Assembly: GCA_038236135.1 (NCBI GenBank) | Contig: JBBSTF010000005.1 | Location: 19,227 to 83,226 of the forward strand | Direction of reading: 5' to 3' | Length of the DNA: 64,000 nucleotides | From: Lysobacterales bacterium | GTDB lineage: Bacteria; Pseudomonadota; Gammaproteobacteria; Xanthomonadales; Rhodanobacteraceae | Part shown: one piece after another, positions 55,497-64,000 of the stretch | How positions within the stretch are numbered: position 1 is the stretch's first letter | Layout: the number at the start of each line of letters is the position of its first letter | Translations under genes and position numbers: made by a program | The notes under the pieces: generated by a model | Databases searched by the model: none | What the model saw: only the letters and a program-made list of their open reading frames with translations | What the model was told of the DNA's origin: nothing

Positions 55497-56842
55497 TGGG
55501 CCGGCTTGCGAGAGTATTGGTTGTTTTTCTGGTGATTGCAGCGGCAATCTGCGTGGCATTTCTAAGCACGCGCTATCGCATCGAGGGCGACTGGAGCGCT
55601 GGCGACCGTGCCAGCCTCAGCGTGGCGACGACCAGGTTGCTCGACGCCATGAATGATCCGGTCGACGTGACCAGCTACGCGCGACCCGAAGGCGGCTTGC
55701 GCAACGTGGTCGCCGACTTCATCGAGCGCTACCAGCATCACAAGCCCGATATTTCCCTTCGCTTCGTCGATCCGGACAGCGACCCCGAAGCGATGCGCGA
55801 CGCCGGTATACGCATTGATGGCGAAATGCAGTTGAGTTATCGCGGTCGCAGCGAGCGACTGGTGGTCTTGAGCGAAACCGAATTCACCAAATCGCTGCTG
55901 CGCTTGTCGCGCGCACGCGAGCGCGTCGTCGGCTTTCTTGATGGCGACGGCGAGCGCCATCCACTAGGCAAGGCGAATGCGGATGTTGGTCAGTTCGTCA
56001 TGGCCTTGGGTGGGCAGGGTGTGCGCAGTGTTCCACTCGCGCTCGCTGCCATAGGCAAGATTCCCGAAAACATCGACTTGATGGTGGTCGCCAATCCGCA
56101 AATCCGTTTGGCTGACAATGTCGTCGGAGAACTGATCGACTACGTTGATCGTGGCGGGCATGTGCTGTGGTTGACCGAGCCCGGCGAGAATGTCGGATTG
56201 GACGCCTTGGCTGCCGCGCTGTCGATGCGTGCGTTGCCCGGCCAAGTGGTCGATGGCAATGGCCAGGCGTTCGGATTGGGCGATCCCAGCTTCGTCGCAA
56301 TCAGCCAATACCCCAAACAGGCCATCGACAACGACTTCGGTTTGACCACGTTATTTCCTCAGGTCGCAGGGCTGGCCCAGCTTCCTGCTCCGCAGTGGAA
56401 GATGGAGTCGATCCTGAAATCGTCCAGCCAGTCTTGGAACGAAACCGGCGCGATGCCCAAGGCCGGCGAGCCGTCCGCGAATATCAGCCAGGACATCAAT
56501 GCGGGCGAAGTGCCGGGCCCGCTCGATCTTGGTTTCGCCTTGAGTCGTTCATCGCCCAGCCCGGATCGCAGCGAGCAGCGCGCCGTCGTGATCGGCGACG
56601 GCGATTTCCTGTCGAACAGCTACCTTGGTAATGCCGGCAATCGCGAGTTCGGTTTGCGGGTATTCAACTGGCTGCTGCAAGACGATTCCTTGATCGACAT
56701 CCCAGAACGTGTGGCGCCTGATCGCACCCTGAGCTTGTCTCAGGGCACACTCAATATGATCGGCTTGTTCGCGTTGGTGCTGCTGCCCGGATTGCTGATC
56801 GCCAGCGGACTTCTCATTCGCTGGCGCCGGCGCCGGCACTGA
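55496..56842 (+). CDS. GldG-like ABC auxiliary protein
   Basis: N- and C-terminal TMs; FVDPD..P, GDGER, VVIGDGDFLSN, N..F....NWL. Confidence 0.85.
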   Translation: MGRLARVLVVFLVIAAAICVAFLSTRYRIEGDWSAGDRASLSVATTRLLDAMNDPVDVTSYARPEGGLRNVVADFIERYQHHKPDISLRFVDPDSDPEAMRDAGIRIDGEMQLSYRGRSERLVVLSETEFTKSLLRLSRARERVVGFLDGDGERHPLGKANADVGQFVMALGGQGVRSVPLALAAIGKIPENIDLMVVANPQIRLADNVVGELIDYVDRGGHVLWLTEPGENVGLDALAAALSMRALPGQVVDGNGQAFGLGDPSFVAISQYPKQAIDNDFGLTTLFPQVAGLAQLPAPQWKMESILKSSSQSWNETGAMPKAGEPSANISQDINAGEVPGPLDLGFALSRSSPSPDRSEQRAVVIGDGDFLSNSYLGNAGNREFGLRVFNWLLQDDSLIDIPERVAPDRTLSLSQGTLNMIGLFALVLLPGLLIASGLLIRWRRRRH

Positions 56843-57372
56843 TGCGACGCCAGCAGCGGCACTTGCTGATCACGTTCGTCGTCGCGCTCGTGCTGGGTGC
56901 TGCTGTCCTTATCCAGATACGTCGCGAAGAAGCGCAATGGCCCCCACCGCTGACCGTGCTTTCTCCAGCGGAAATCCAACGCGTCGAACTGGAGTGCTCG
57001 TCCTGCGTGCGGCAGCGATTCGAACGTCTTGATGCTGTCTGGTGGATGCGCGAGCCAGACAATCGGCGGGCAGATGGCGAGCGTGTGGGGCATCTGACTG
57101 CAATCGCGAACGCCGCCGTGCGAAGTCGCAAAAGCTTGGTGGGATTGAGTTTGGCAAAGCTCGGACTCGATCCGGCGCAAGCGACATTGACACTGGACGG
57201 CATACGCATCGCGTTCGGTGCGTTCGACAGCATCAATGGTGATCGCTACGTGCGCATCAACGACGAAGATCAGATTGCGCTCGTGCCGGACCACTTCAGC
57301 CCGTACCTGTTCGCTGCGCCTGCTGAAGCGGACAGCGATGCAGCGCAGGTAAAACCCGGGCCAGCCGAGTAA
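56842..57372 (+). CDS. DUF4340-like protein
   Basis: N-terminal TM; KLGLDP, IAFG, RYVR; last gene of the Gld-like operon. Confidence 0.7.
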   Translation: MRRQQRHLLITFVVALVLGAAVLIQIRREEAQWPPPLTVLSPAEIQRVELECSSCVRQRFERLDAVWWMREPDNRRADGERVGHLTAIANAAVRSRKSLVGLSLAKLGLDPAQATLTLDGIRIAFGAFDSINGDRYVRINDEDQIALVPDHFSPYLFAAPAEADSDAAQVKPGPAE

Positions 57373-58194
57373 CTACAGGCGGTCGAGCACCGCCAGCGTC
57401 GGACGTGAACGATTCAAGGTGTAGAAGTGCAAGCCTGGCGCGCCACCGGCAACGAGGCGTCGACACAAGTCTGCAACCACGTCACTGCTGAACTCGCGGA
57501 TCGCATCGGCATCGTCGCCCATCGCAATCAGGTTCTTCTGCATCCAGCGTGGAATTTCCGCGCCACACAAGTCGGAAAATCGGCGCAACTGGCTGAAGTT
57601 TGCGATCGGCATGATGCCGGGAACGATCGGCACAGTAACGCCCACTTTCCGCGCGGCATCAACGAAACGAAAATAGCCATCGGCGTTGTAGAAATACTGG
57701 GTTATTGCACCATTCGCGCCAGCATCGACCTTGCGCTTGAAGTTGGCGAGATCCGAATGTGCGCTGTCGGATTGCGGATGCACTTCCGGGTAGCAAGCCA
57801 CTTCGATATGGAAGCGGTCGCCGGTTTCCAAACGGATGAAGGCGACCAATTCGCTGGCATAGCGAAAGTCGCCAATGCTGGCCATGCCCGATGGCAGGTC
57901 GCCGCGCAAAGCGACGATGCGACGCAGATCGAGATCAACGTACTGCTGGAGCAGTGCGCGAATCTCGCCGCGGCTGCCACCCATGCATGAAAGATGCGGC
58001 GCAGCATCAAGACCGTGCCGCGTGCGCAGGTCGCTGACCGCATCGACCGTGTGGCTGAGCGTCGAGCCACCGGCGCCGAACGTCATCGACACATACTCCG
58101 GCCCGCGCTGCTTCAACTTGTCGAGAGCCGCAGCTAGTCCGCTTCGCTGCTCGTCGGTTTTCGGCGGGAAAAACTCAAAGCTGATCGCGGCCAT
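57373..58194 (-). CDS. metF: 5,10-methylenetetrahydrofolate reductase
   Basis: ISFEFFPPKT, SMTFGAGGS, ALRGD, VACYPEVHP, AITQYFY, PGIMPI, HFYTLN. Confidence 0.97.
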   Translation of the reverse strand: MAAISFEFFPPKTDEQRSGLAAALDKLKQRGPEYVSMTFGAGGSTLSHTVDAVSDLRTRHGLDAAPHLSCMGGSRGEIRALLQQYVDLDLRRIVALRGDLPSGMASIGDFRYASELVAFIRLETGDRFHIEVACYPEVHPQSDSAHSDLANFKRKVDAGANGAITQYFYNADGYFRFVDAARKVGVTVPIVPGIMPIANFSQLRRFSDLCGAEIPRWMQKNLIAMGDDADAIREFSSDVVADLCRRLVAGGAPGLHFYTLNRSRPTLAVLDRL

Positions 58195-58327
58195 AACGGC
58201 TCCCTGCTGTAATTGGCCGAGTATATATCGCTTCGTCGCGATGAAGCGATAGATGAACTTGTCTCGCCCAGAAAAAAGGGGCGCATCACTGCGCCCCTTT
58301 ATCTTGCTTTGGTGTAGAAACGGTCGA

Positions 58328-59758
58328 TCAGTAGCGGTAATGCTCCGGCTTGTACGGGCCTTCGACAGCAACGCCGAGATAGTCGGCCTGGTCCTTGGTG
58401 AGCGTGGTCAGCTTTACGCCGATCTTTTCAAGGTGCAGGCGTGCGACTTCTTCGTCGAGATGCTTGGGCAGGATATAGACCTTGTTCTCGTAGGTGTCCT
58501 TGTTGGCCCACAGTTCGATCTGTGCCAGCGTCTGGTTGGCGAACGAGTTGGACATGACGAAGCTTGGATGGCCAGTGGCGCATCCGAGGTTTACCAAGCG
58601 GCCGTCAGCCAGCAGGAAGATAGCGTTGCCGCCTTCAAAAATGTACTTGTCGACCTGCGGCTTGATGTTGATCTTCTCGACATTCTTCATTTCGGACAGC
58701 GCGTCGACCTGGATCTCGTTGTCGAAATGGCCGATGTTGCAGACGATTGCCTGATCCTTCATCGCCTTCATATGTTCGACGGTGATGATGTCCTTGTTGC
58801 CGGTCGTGGTGACATAGATGTCGCCGCGGCCGAGCGTGGACTCGATCGTGTTGACTTCGTAACCTTCCATCGACGCCTGCAGCGCGCAGATCGGATCGAT
58901 CTCGGTTACCACAACGCGCGCACCGTAATTGCGCAGGGAAGCGGCGCTGCCCTTGCCGACATCGCCATAACCACAAACGACGGCGACCTTTCCAGCCAGC
59001 ATCACGTCCATCGCGCGCTTCAGGCCATCGGCCAGCGACTCGCGGCAACCGTAGAGGTTGTCGAATTTGGACTTGGTGACTGAGTCGTTGACGTTGATCG
59101 CCGGCACCAGCAACTTGCCCGCTTCGGCAATCTGGTAAAGACGATGCACGCCGGTGGTGGTCTCTTCCGAAACACCCTTCCATTCCGTGACGACGTTGGT
59201 CCAGTAGCCCGGGCGCTCCTTGGCAACGCGCTTGAGCAATTTCTTGATGACGCTTTCCTCATGCGAGGCGGCCGGCTCATCGACCCACGTCGAACCCTGT
59301 TCCAGCTCGTAGCCCTTGTGGATCAGCAGGGTGACATCGCCGCCGTCGTCAATGACCAGCTGTGGCCCCTTGCCGCCAGGAAAGCTGAGCGCTTCGAGGG
59401 TGCAGTCCCAATACTCTTCAAGCGTCTCGCCCTTCCAGGCAAAGACGGGTGTGCCAGTCGCGGCGATGGCAGCGGCGGCGTGGTCCTGCGTCGAGAAGAT
59501 GTTGCAGGACGCCCAGCGCACATCGGCGCCGATGTCTTTCATGGTTTCGATCAACACACCGGTCTGGATCGTCATGTGCAACGAGCCGGTGACACGAACG
59601 CCGGCCAGCGGCTTCGCGTCGGCGTGCTTCTTGCGGATCGACATAAGACCGGGCATTTCATGCTCGGCGATGTCGAGTTCCTTGCGGCCCCAGTCGGCTA
59701 ACGAAATGTCGGCGATCTTGAAGTCGTTGTGGGGTAAATCCTTGACTACTGCGTTCAT
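58328..59758 (-). CDS. ahcY: Adenosylhomocysteinase
   Basis: [52 protein letters not shown]-terminal YRY. Confidence 0.98.
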   Translation of the reverse strand: MNAVVKDLPHNDFKIADISLADWGRKELDIAEHEMPGLMSIRKKHADAKPLAGVRVTGSLHMTIQTGVLIETMKDIGADVRWASCNIFSTQDHAAAAIAATGTPVFAWKGETLEEYWDCTLEALSFPGGKGPQLVIDDGGDVTLLIHKGYELEQGSTWVDEPAASHEESVIKKLLKRVAKERPGYWTNVVTEWKGVSEETTTGVHRLYQIAEAGKLLVPAINVNDSVTKSKFDNLYGCRESLADGLKRAMDVMLAGKVAVVCGYGDVGKGSAASLRNYGARVVVTEIDPICALQASMEGYEVNTIESTLGRGDIYVTTTGNKDIITVEHMKAMKDQAIVCNIGHFDNEIQVDALSEMKNVEKINIKPQVDKYIFEGGNAIFLLADGRLVNLGCATGHPSFVMSNSFANQTLAQIELWANKDTYENKVYILPKHLDEEVARLHLEKIGVKLTTLTKDQADYLGVAVEGPYKPEHYRY

Positions 59759-59817
59759 CGTGAATCTCCAGTTTTCGGCAGGGCGAATAGCCAGTGTGGC
59801 GGTCGCTCGCGGATTGG

Positions 59818-59898
59818 AGGGCGCAGTTGAATCATGGGGGAGCCGCGCCGAGCCTGATCGTCCCCGCAGTCGGCGGAACGGTTGCAGCGCCCCTCGGC
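59818..59898 (-). ncRNA. SAH riboswitch
   Basis: Minus strand GCCGAGGGGCGCTGCAAC...CAGGCTCGGC...CAACTGCGCCC matches the SAH riboswitch consensus, directly upstream of ahcY. Confidence 0.88.
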
Positions 59899-59989
59899 GG
59901 GCCAATACCCACCATTATATCGCTTGTTCGCGATGAAAGGATGAATCACCGCGTCGGCCGCCTTGAACGCGATGTTCAGGGAAGCGCAG

Positions 59990-60115
59990 CGAGCGACGAT
60001 CGCCCTTGTGCTGCGGGGCTGATCGCGGCAACAGGCGGTTCTGGGTTCGGACCGAAAGTCGAATTCTTGGCCAACGTCTGGTGCAGATATTCGACCACTG
60101 CGTTGAATGATATGT
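59990..60115 (-). pseudogene. Group 1 truncated hemoglobin C-terminal remnant
   Basis: FNAVVEYLHQTL and, after a frameshift, RTQNRLLPRSAPQHK resemble the FNALVEDLQ..M..QNRLLARLAPMH end of trHb. Confidence 0.55.
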
Positions 60116-60601
60116 CGTGCTGGCGATCAAGCCCAGCTCGACCCGTGAGGCGATAGCCGCCACACGCTCGTACGGAAACCATGCCGCGAAAACATCGCAC
60201 AATGTCTCCGCTGAGCCGTAGCTTGGCCCCCAACATTTCCTTGCGAATCGCTGCGCCGGGCATTCCGAGTGCATCTGCGATGCGTGCCCACGTGGAATCG
60301 GTTGCGAGCCAACGAGCGAGCGAGACGTCGAGACGTCAAGTCGGTTCAGCCATGTCGCCGCGATGCCGTAGCTGCCGAGTGTGTCGTCGCGAACGTTGAG
60401 GCGCGTCGCGAATACGATTGCCCGAATGCGCCATCGATCGGGTAGCGCGCCTGCACTGCCCCGGGGAAGTAATCCGCCAGCGGCACTGCCTTCCTTATGG
60501 GTGGCACCCGAGGTCGCGATCACCCGAAAATTGGCAGCGACTGCTGAGATTGACGCCGTTGCCGCGAGTGCAACATACGCGTTTGCCGCCAGTTACTTCA
60601 C
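60110..60601 (-). pseudogene. DUF3034 outer-membrane protein pseudogene
   Basis: GTG overlapping the EAL gene stop, TAA at codon 3, signal-like stretch, then ATSGATHKEGSAAGGLLP, FATRLNVRDDTLGSYGIA and DVFAAWFP..VELGLIA blocks with most of the middle missing. Confidence 0.65.
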
Positions 60602-63072
60602 GTTGCTGGCACGATCTTGAGCACACGCACAAGTTTGCGATTGGCGGCGTCCTTTTGCGCTGCCATCCATGTCGTCAGTTCGTTTGCAGGCAGCGGCCGA
60701 CTGATGAAGTAACCCTGTGCAACATCGCATTGGAAATTCTTCAGCATGCGCAAAGCCTGTTCGTCTTCGACGCCTTCCGCGACCACGGTCAGTCCCATAT
60801 TGTGGCCCAGTTCGATGGTCGAACGCACGATCACGGCGTCGTTGCCATCGCGAGTCATGTTCATGATGAACGACTTGTCGATCTTCAATTCGTCGACCGG
60901 CAGACGCTTCAAGTGCGCGAGCGAAGAGTGGCCGTTGCCGAAATCATCGATGGCCAGTTTCACCCCACAGGCCTTTAGTTGGTCGAGCACGTTGAGCGCA
61001 AGAGTGCTGTCGCGCATCACCGCGCTTTCGGTGATTTCCAGTAACAGCTTGCTCGGCGCGACCCCGTATTGGATCAAGTAGCTACGGACCACGAACGGGA
61101 GGTTGCCGGTCACCAGATCCATTGCCGAAATGTTGACGGCCACACCGATATCCAGGCCCATGTCGCTCCATTCCCGGCACTGGCGAATGACGTTTCGAAG
61201 GACCCAGTCAGTGATAAGGTGAATGCTGCCGGCGTGTTCGGCCAGCGGTATGAATTCGTCCGGCGTGATCAGACCATCACGGGGATGCTGCCAACGCACC
61301 AGCGCCTCGACGTGGTGGCTGGTGGACGTTTCAATGCAGAGCTTAGGCTGATAGTAGACGCGCAGTTCGTCGTCACTGACCGCGCGACGCAGTTCGTTGA
61401 CCAGTGACAGGCGACGCATATGGGTGGCATCGCGTCCGGTCTTGTAGAGTCCGATGGGCTGGTGCGATTGCTTGGCGTCGTACTTCGCAATGTCGGCGCG
61501 ACGCAGCAGGTCGACAGCTTCATCGCCATGCTCGGGATAGATTGCGATGCCCAGGCTGACGTCCGGAAACAAGTCCATCGATTCCAGGTGCAAGGACCGC
61601 GACACAGAGCGCACGATGTGCTCGGCGCGCCGGCGCGCCTGTTCGGCGCTGGCACCGGGTATGACGACCACGAACTCGTCGCCACCCAATCTGGCGACGG
61701 TGTCATTGGGGCACATCGCCTCGACGAGGCGCTCGCCAACGCCGATCAGCAAGAGATCGCCGACGTGGTGGCCGAGGGTATCGTTGATATCGTTGAAGCG
61801 GTTGATGTCGAGCGTCAATACAGCGAGTGGCGTACCGGTTTTTCTGCCCACCGCGATCGATTCCGCCAGCCGCGATTCCACGTTGCTGCGATTCGGTAAG
61901 CCGGTCAGCGAGTCGTGGAACGCATGGTGTTCGATGTGGCGCTCGCGAAAGGCAATGCCCTGTTGCATGTAGTTGAACACCCGCGCCAGTTCGCCCAATT
62001 CATCGTTGCGTTCAATGCTGACTTCGGCGTGGTAGTCGCCACAGCCAATGCGTTGCGCTGCGATCATCAGCCGGCGCAGCGGACGAATGACGCTGCGCGC
62101 GACGATCCACGCTCCGACGATCGACACCAGCACCGACAACAGCGTAATCAGCGAAAGGCTTTCCCGCAGGCGCGAATAAGGCTGGAGTGCTTCGACGAGC
62201 GACATCTGCAACACAGCGAGCACCGCAGCTGCCCGTGTCGTCGATGAACCGCCCGCCAGTGCGACGCTGCGAGTCAGGTAGTCAGAGTCAGAATGCTGCT
62301 GCTGCTTATCGACACGATGAGACTGGACGACAAAGTTGCTCAACTGCGCTTGTTCGGAAGGCGCCAGCGTGGAAATCCAGCGTGGCATCGATGCGGAATC
62401 GATCACGGCCAGACTCAATTGAAGCCCGGTCAGATCGTGCATTTTCATCAGCGTGGGCTGGTCGAGCGCAAAACCCATGCTCACCCAGCCAATCCGTCGC
62501 GGGGCCATGATCGGTGCCAGCACCACTTGGTAGGGTCGTCCATCTATGGCAGTAATTGCGGAGAACAAGGGGCGGCTTCCAATCTGGATGACGAGGTCGT
62601 CAAACGCCACGTCCTTGGACGACCGGTTGAGGTCGTCGGGTGTTGCGATCACGCGGCCGTCGAGACCGATCATCGCGGCAAAACTCGCGTCGATGCGGCC
62701 GCCTTGATTGGCTAGTATTGATTGCGCGGTCTGCTCGTCACCGTTGGCGACGGCTTCACGAAAGCCAATGTCACGGGCGGCCAGTTCAACGCTGTTTCCA
62801 AGCTGTTCGCCGCGAACGGCGAGCAAATTTTCGAACACTGCGACGCCACGATCCAGTTCATGACCGGCGCGATCAAGCACATCCTTGCGGACGGCGGAGT
62901 TGACCGCGAGAAGAGTCGGCAACTGGATGACGGCGACCAACGCTATCAGCAGGGTCAACAAGCGACCGTACAGGCTGTTCACTGCCGGAACCGCAGTATC
63001 GTGGCGCAGCGTAGCTGCGGCGTCGTATCGACGCGGCGTCAGGCTTGTGTCTTTGGAGATGTCAGCGCGCAT
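60598..63072 (-). CDS. Membrane sensor-HAMP-GGDEF-EAL c-di-GMP enzyme
   Basis: Two TMs, HAMP (RPL..L..AA..IG.GDY), HDSLTGLPNR, RLGGDEF, YYQPK..EALVRW, IDDFG.G.SSL..LKRLPVDELKIDKSF. Confidence 0.93.
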   Translation of the reverse strand: MRADISKDTSLTPRRYDAAATLRHDTAVPAVNSLYGRLLTLLIALVAVIQLPTLLAVNSAVRKDVLDRAGHELDRGVAVFENLLAVRGEQLGNSVELAARDIGFREAVANGDEQTAQSILANQGGRIDASFAAMIGLDGRVIATPDDLNRSSKDVAFDDLVIQIGSRPLFSAITAIDGRPYQVVLAPIMAPRRIGWVSMGFALDQPTLMKMHDLTGLQLSLAVIDSASMPRWISTLAPSEQAQLSNFVVQSHRVDKQQQHSDSDYLTRSVALAGGSSTTRAAAVLAVLQMSLVEALQPYSRLRESLSLITLLSVLVSIVGAWIVARSVIRPLRRLMIAAQRIGCGDYHAEVSIERNDELGELARVFNYMQQGIAFRERHIEHHAFHDSLTGLPNRSNVESRLAESIAVGRKTGTPLAVLTLDINRFNDINDTLGHHVGDLLLIGVGERLVEAMCPNDTVARLGGDEFVVVIPGASAEQARRRAEHIVRSVSRSLHLESMDLFPDVSLGIAIYPEHGDEAVDLLRRADIAKYDAKQSHQPIGLYKTGRDATHMRRLSLVNELRRAVSDDELRVYYQPKLCIETSTSHHVEALVRWQHPRDGLITPDEFIPLAEHAGSIHLITDWVLRNVIRQCREWSDMGLDIGVAVNISAMDLVTGNLPFVVRSYLIQYGVAPSKLLLEITESAVMRDSTLALNVLDQLKACGVKLAIDDFGNGHSSLAHLKRLPVDELKIDKSFIMNMTRDGNDAVIVRSTIELGHNMGLTVVAEGVEDEQALRMLKNFQCDVAQGYFISRPLPANELTTWMAAQKDAANRKLVRVLKIVPAT

Positions 63073-63742
63073 CCGCGGTGGTCCGGTAGCGACGGAATTT
63101 GAATTCGATTACGCTTGGAGGGGCCGGCTCTTCAACCAGTTCAACGGCCAGGGATACTGATTTTTCTACCATCTCTGGCGTCATAATCACCGGGTTACTG
63201 TCTGGTTCGGAGCCGGGCTGGCGCAGGTGATGGACATCAAGCGCATATTTGCCGGCGGGCATCCCGGCAACTTTCATGCGAGGGTCGTGGCCGATTTTCG
63301 CAAAGTAAGGCGTATCGCGCGCGACGATGTCACCCAGCATCCAATTGTGGAGGTTGCAGCCCAAACCGACGACGCCGGGAATCAAAACATCTCCCGGATC
63401 GCCGGGTCGATCCTTGTTCCTGCGCAGCTCGAAATGCTTCGCAGATGAAAACGAATGGAGGTGATGGGTAGCGTGATCGCTATGGGGCACCGACATCCTT
63501 GTGCCAACCCGGATCGGCGACACGCGCGGGATGAATTGCAAATCGCGCTGATCCATCCTGGCAGTTTTTCCATCGGTCACCGTTGGCGCATGGCCGACGG
63601 CTGGCACCAACGAAGCCATGACCTTGCCCTGCGGTTTGCCATCAGCATCGACCACTCGCAGCTTACGTTCCTGAGCCGATGCCCCGCTGCTGATGAGAAG
63701 GAGCAGGATCAAATACAGGTTGTAATGGCCCCCGTTGAGCAT
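63062..63742 (-). CDS. Cupredoxin-like secreted protein ('methylamine utilization protein' type), motifs diverged
   Basis: MDQ..LQFIP, HSD..HHLHSFS, GVVGLGCNLHNWM, DTPYFA, PAGKY. Confidence 0.7.
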   Translation of the reverse strand: MLNGGHYNLYLILLLLISSGASAQERKLRVVDADGKPQGKVMASLVPAVGHAPTVTDGKTARMDQRDLQFIPRVSPIRVGTRMSVPHSDHATHHLHSFSSAKHFELRRNKDRPGDPGDVLIPGVVGLGCNLHNWMLGDIVARDTPYFAKIGHDPRMKVAGMPAGKYALDVHHLRQPGSEPDSNPVIMTPEMVEKSVSLAVELVEEPAPPSVIEFKFRRYRTTADAR

Positions 63743-64000
63743 CGACGCCTCGTTGTCATTTCACGACCCTTCCTGTCCGAGTTGCGCTGTCGAGCACGTG
63801 TCGGCGCCACGCGGTCCCCGGGAAAGTCCGGGGCCAAGGTGTCCAGTGAAACGATCAGCACGATTTGTGCCAGCGGATGCCGGCGCGTGAAATTCAGCCG
63901 ATGCAAACCACGTCAAATCGCGCGGGATGTTTGTAGACCCGTACCCAAGTACCTATCGCGGAGGAAGATTTCAGTCCCGTCATCACGACGACACGGTCGG

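Noticed and set aside
63895-63950. GCAAACC...GGGA resembling a c-di-GMP-I riboswitch upstream of the EAL cluster
   Set aside because: Wrong strand for the downstream genes, and the stems and tetraloop/receptor do not fit.

Overview
A ~60% GC gammaproteobacterial chromosome segment, most likely Xanthomonadales (inferred from the HisS type, gene order and an intergenic repeat). (1) 1-22.3 kb is core and carbohydrate genes. A LacI / TonB receptor / GH144-like glucanase / sugar ABC / GH1 locus is split by uvrC-pgsA-tRNA-Gly-tRNA-Cys, with matching LacI operators on both halves. It is followed by tRNA-Pro, hisS, an aspartyl protease, hflD-mnmA-NUDIX, clpS-clpA, infA and tpiA-secG-tRNA-Leu. (2) 22,285-51,296 is a ~29 kb element integrated in tRNA-Leu(GAG), bounded by a 19-bp att repeat. 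It carries a P4-type integrase, AlpA, a Zn-finger protein and a DUF927 helicase, and no recognisable capsid or terminase genes. Its cargo is defence-like: type III R-M, an NYN/PIN nuclease preceded by its own promoter, structured RNA and terminator, GmrSD, a YaaW-like protein, a dual-OB + 2x DUF488 operon, a TIGR04255 three-gene operon, a RelE-like/UvrD helicase, a SEC-C/nuclease protein sitting inside a broken SRAP gene, and a single-domain beta-clamp-like protein. Scars of a second mod 3' end and a second helicase 5' end suggest two cargo cassettes stacked in one hotspot. (3) 51.3-64 kb is core again: a secreted protein, desaturase, Gld-like ABC system, metF, ahcY with an SAH riboswitch, and a partly decayed cupredoxin / GGDEF-EAL / DUF3034 / truncated-globin cluster. 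All family assignments come from motif recognition by eye; no database searches were run.
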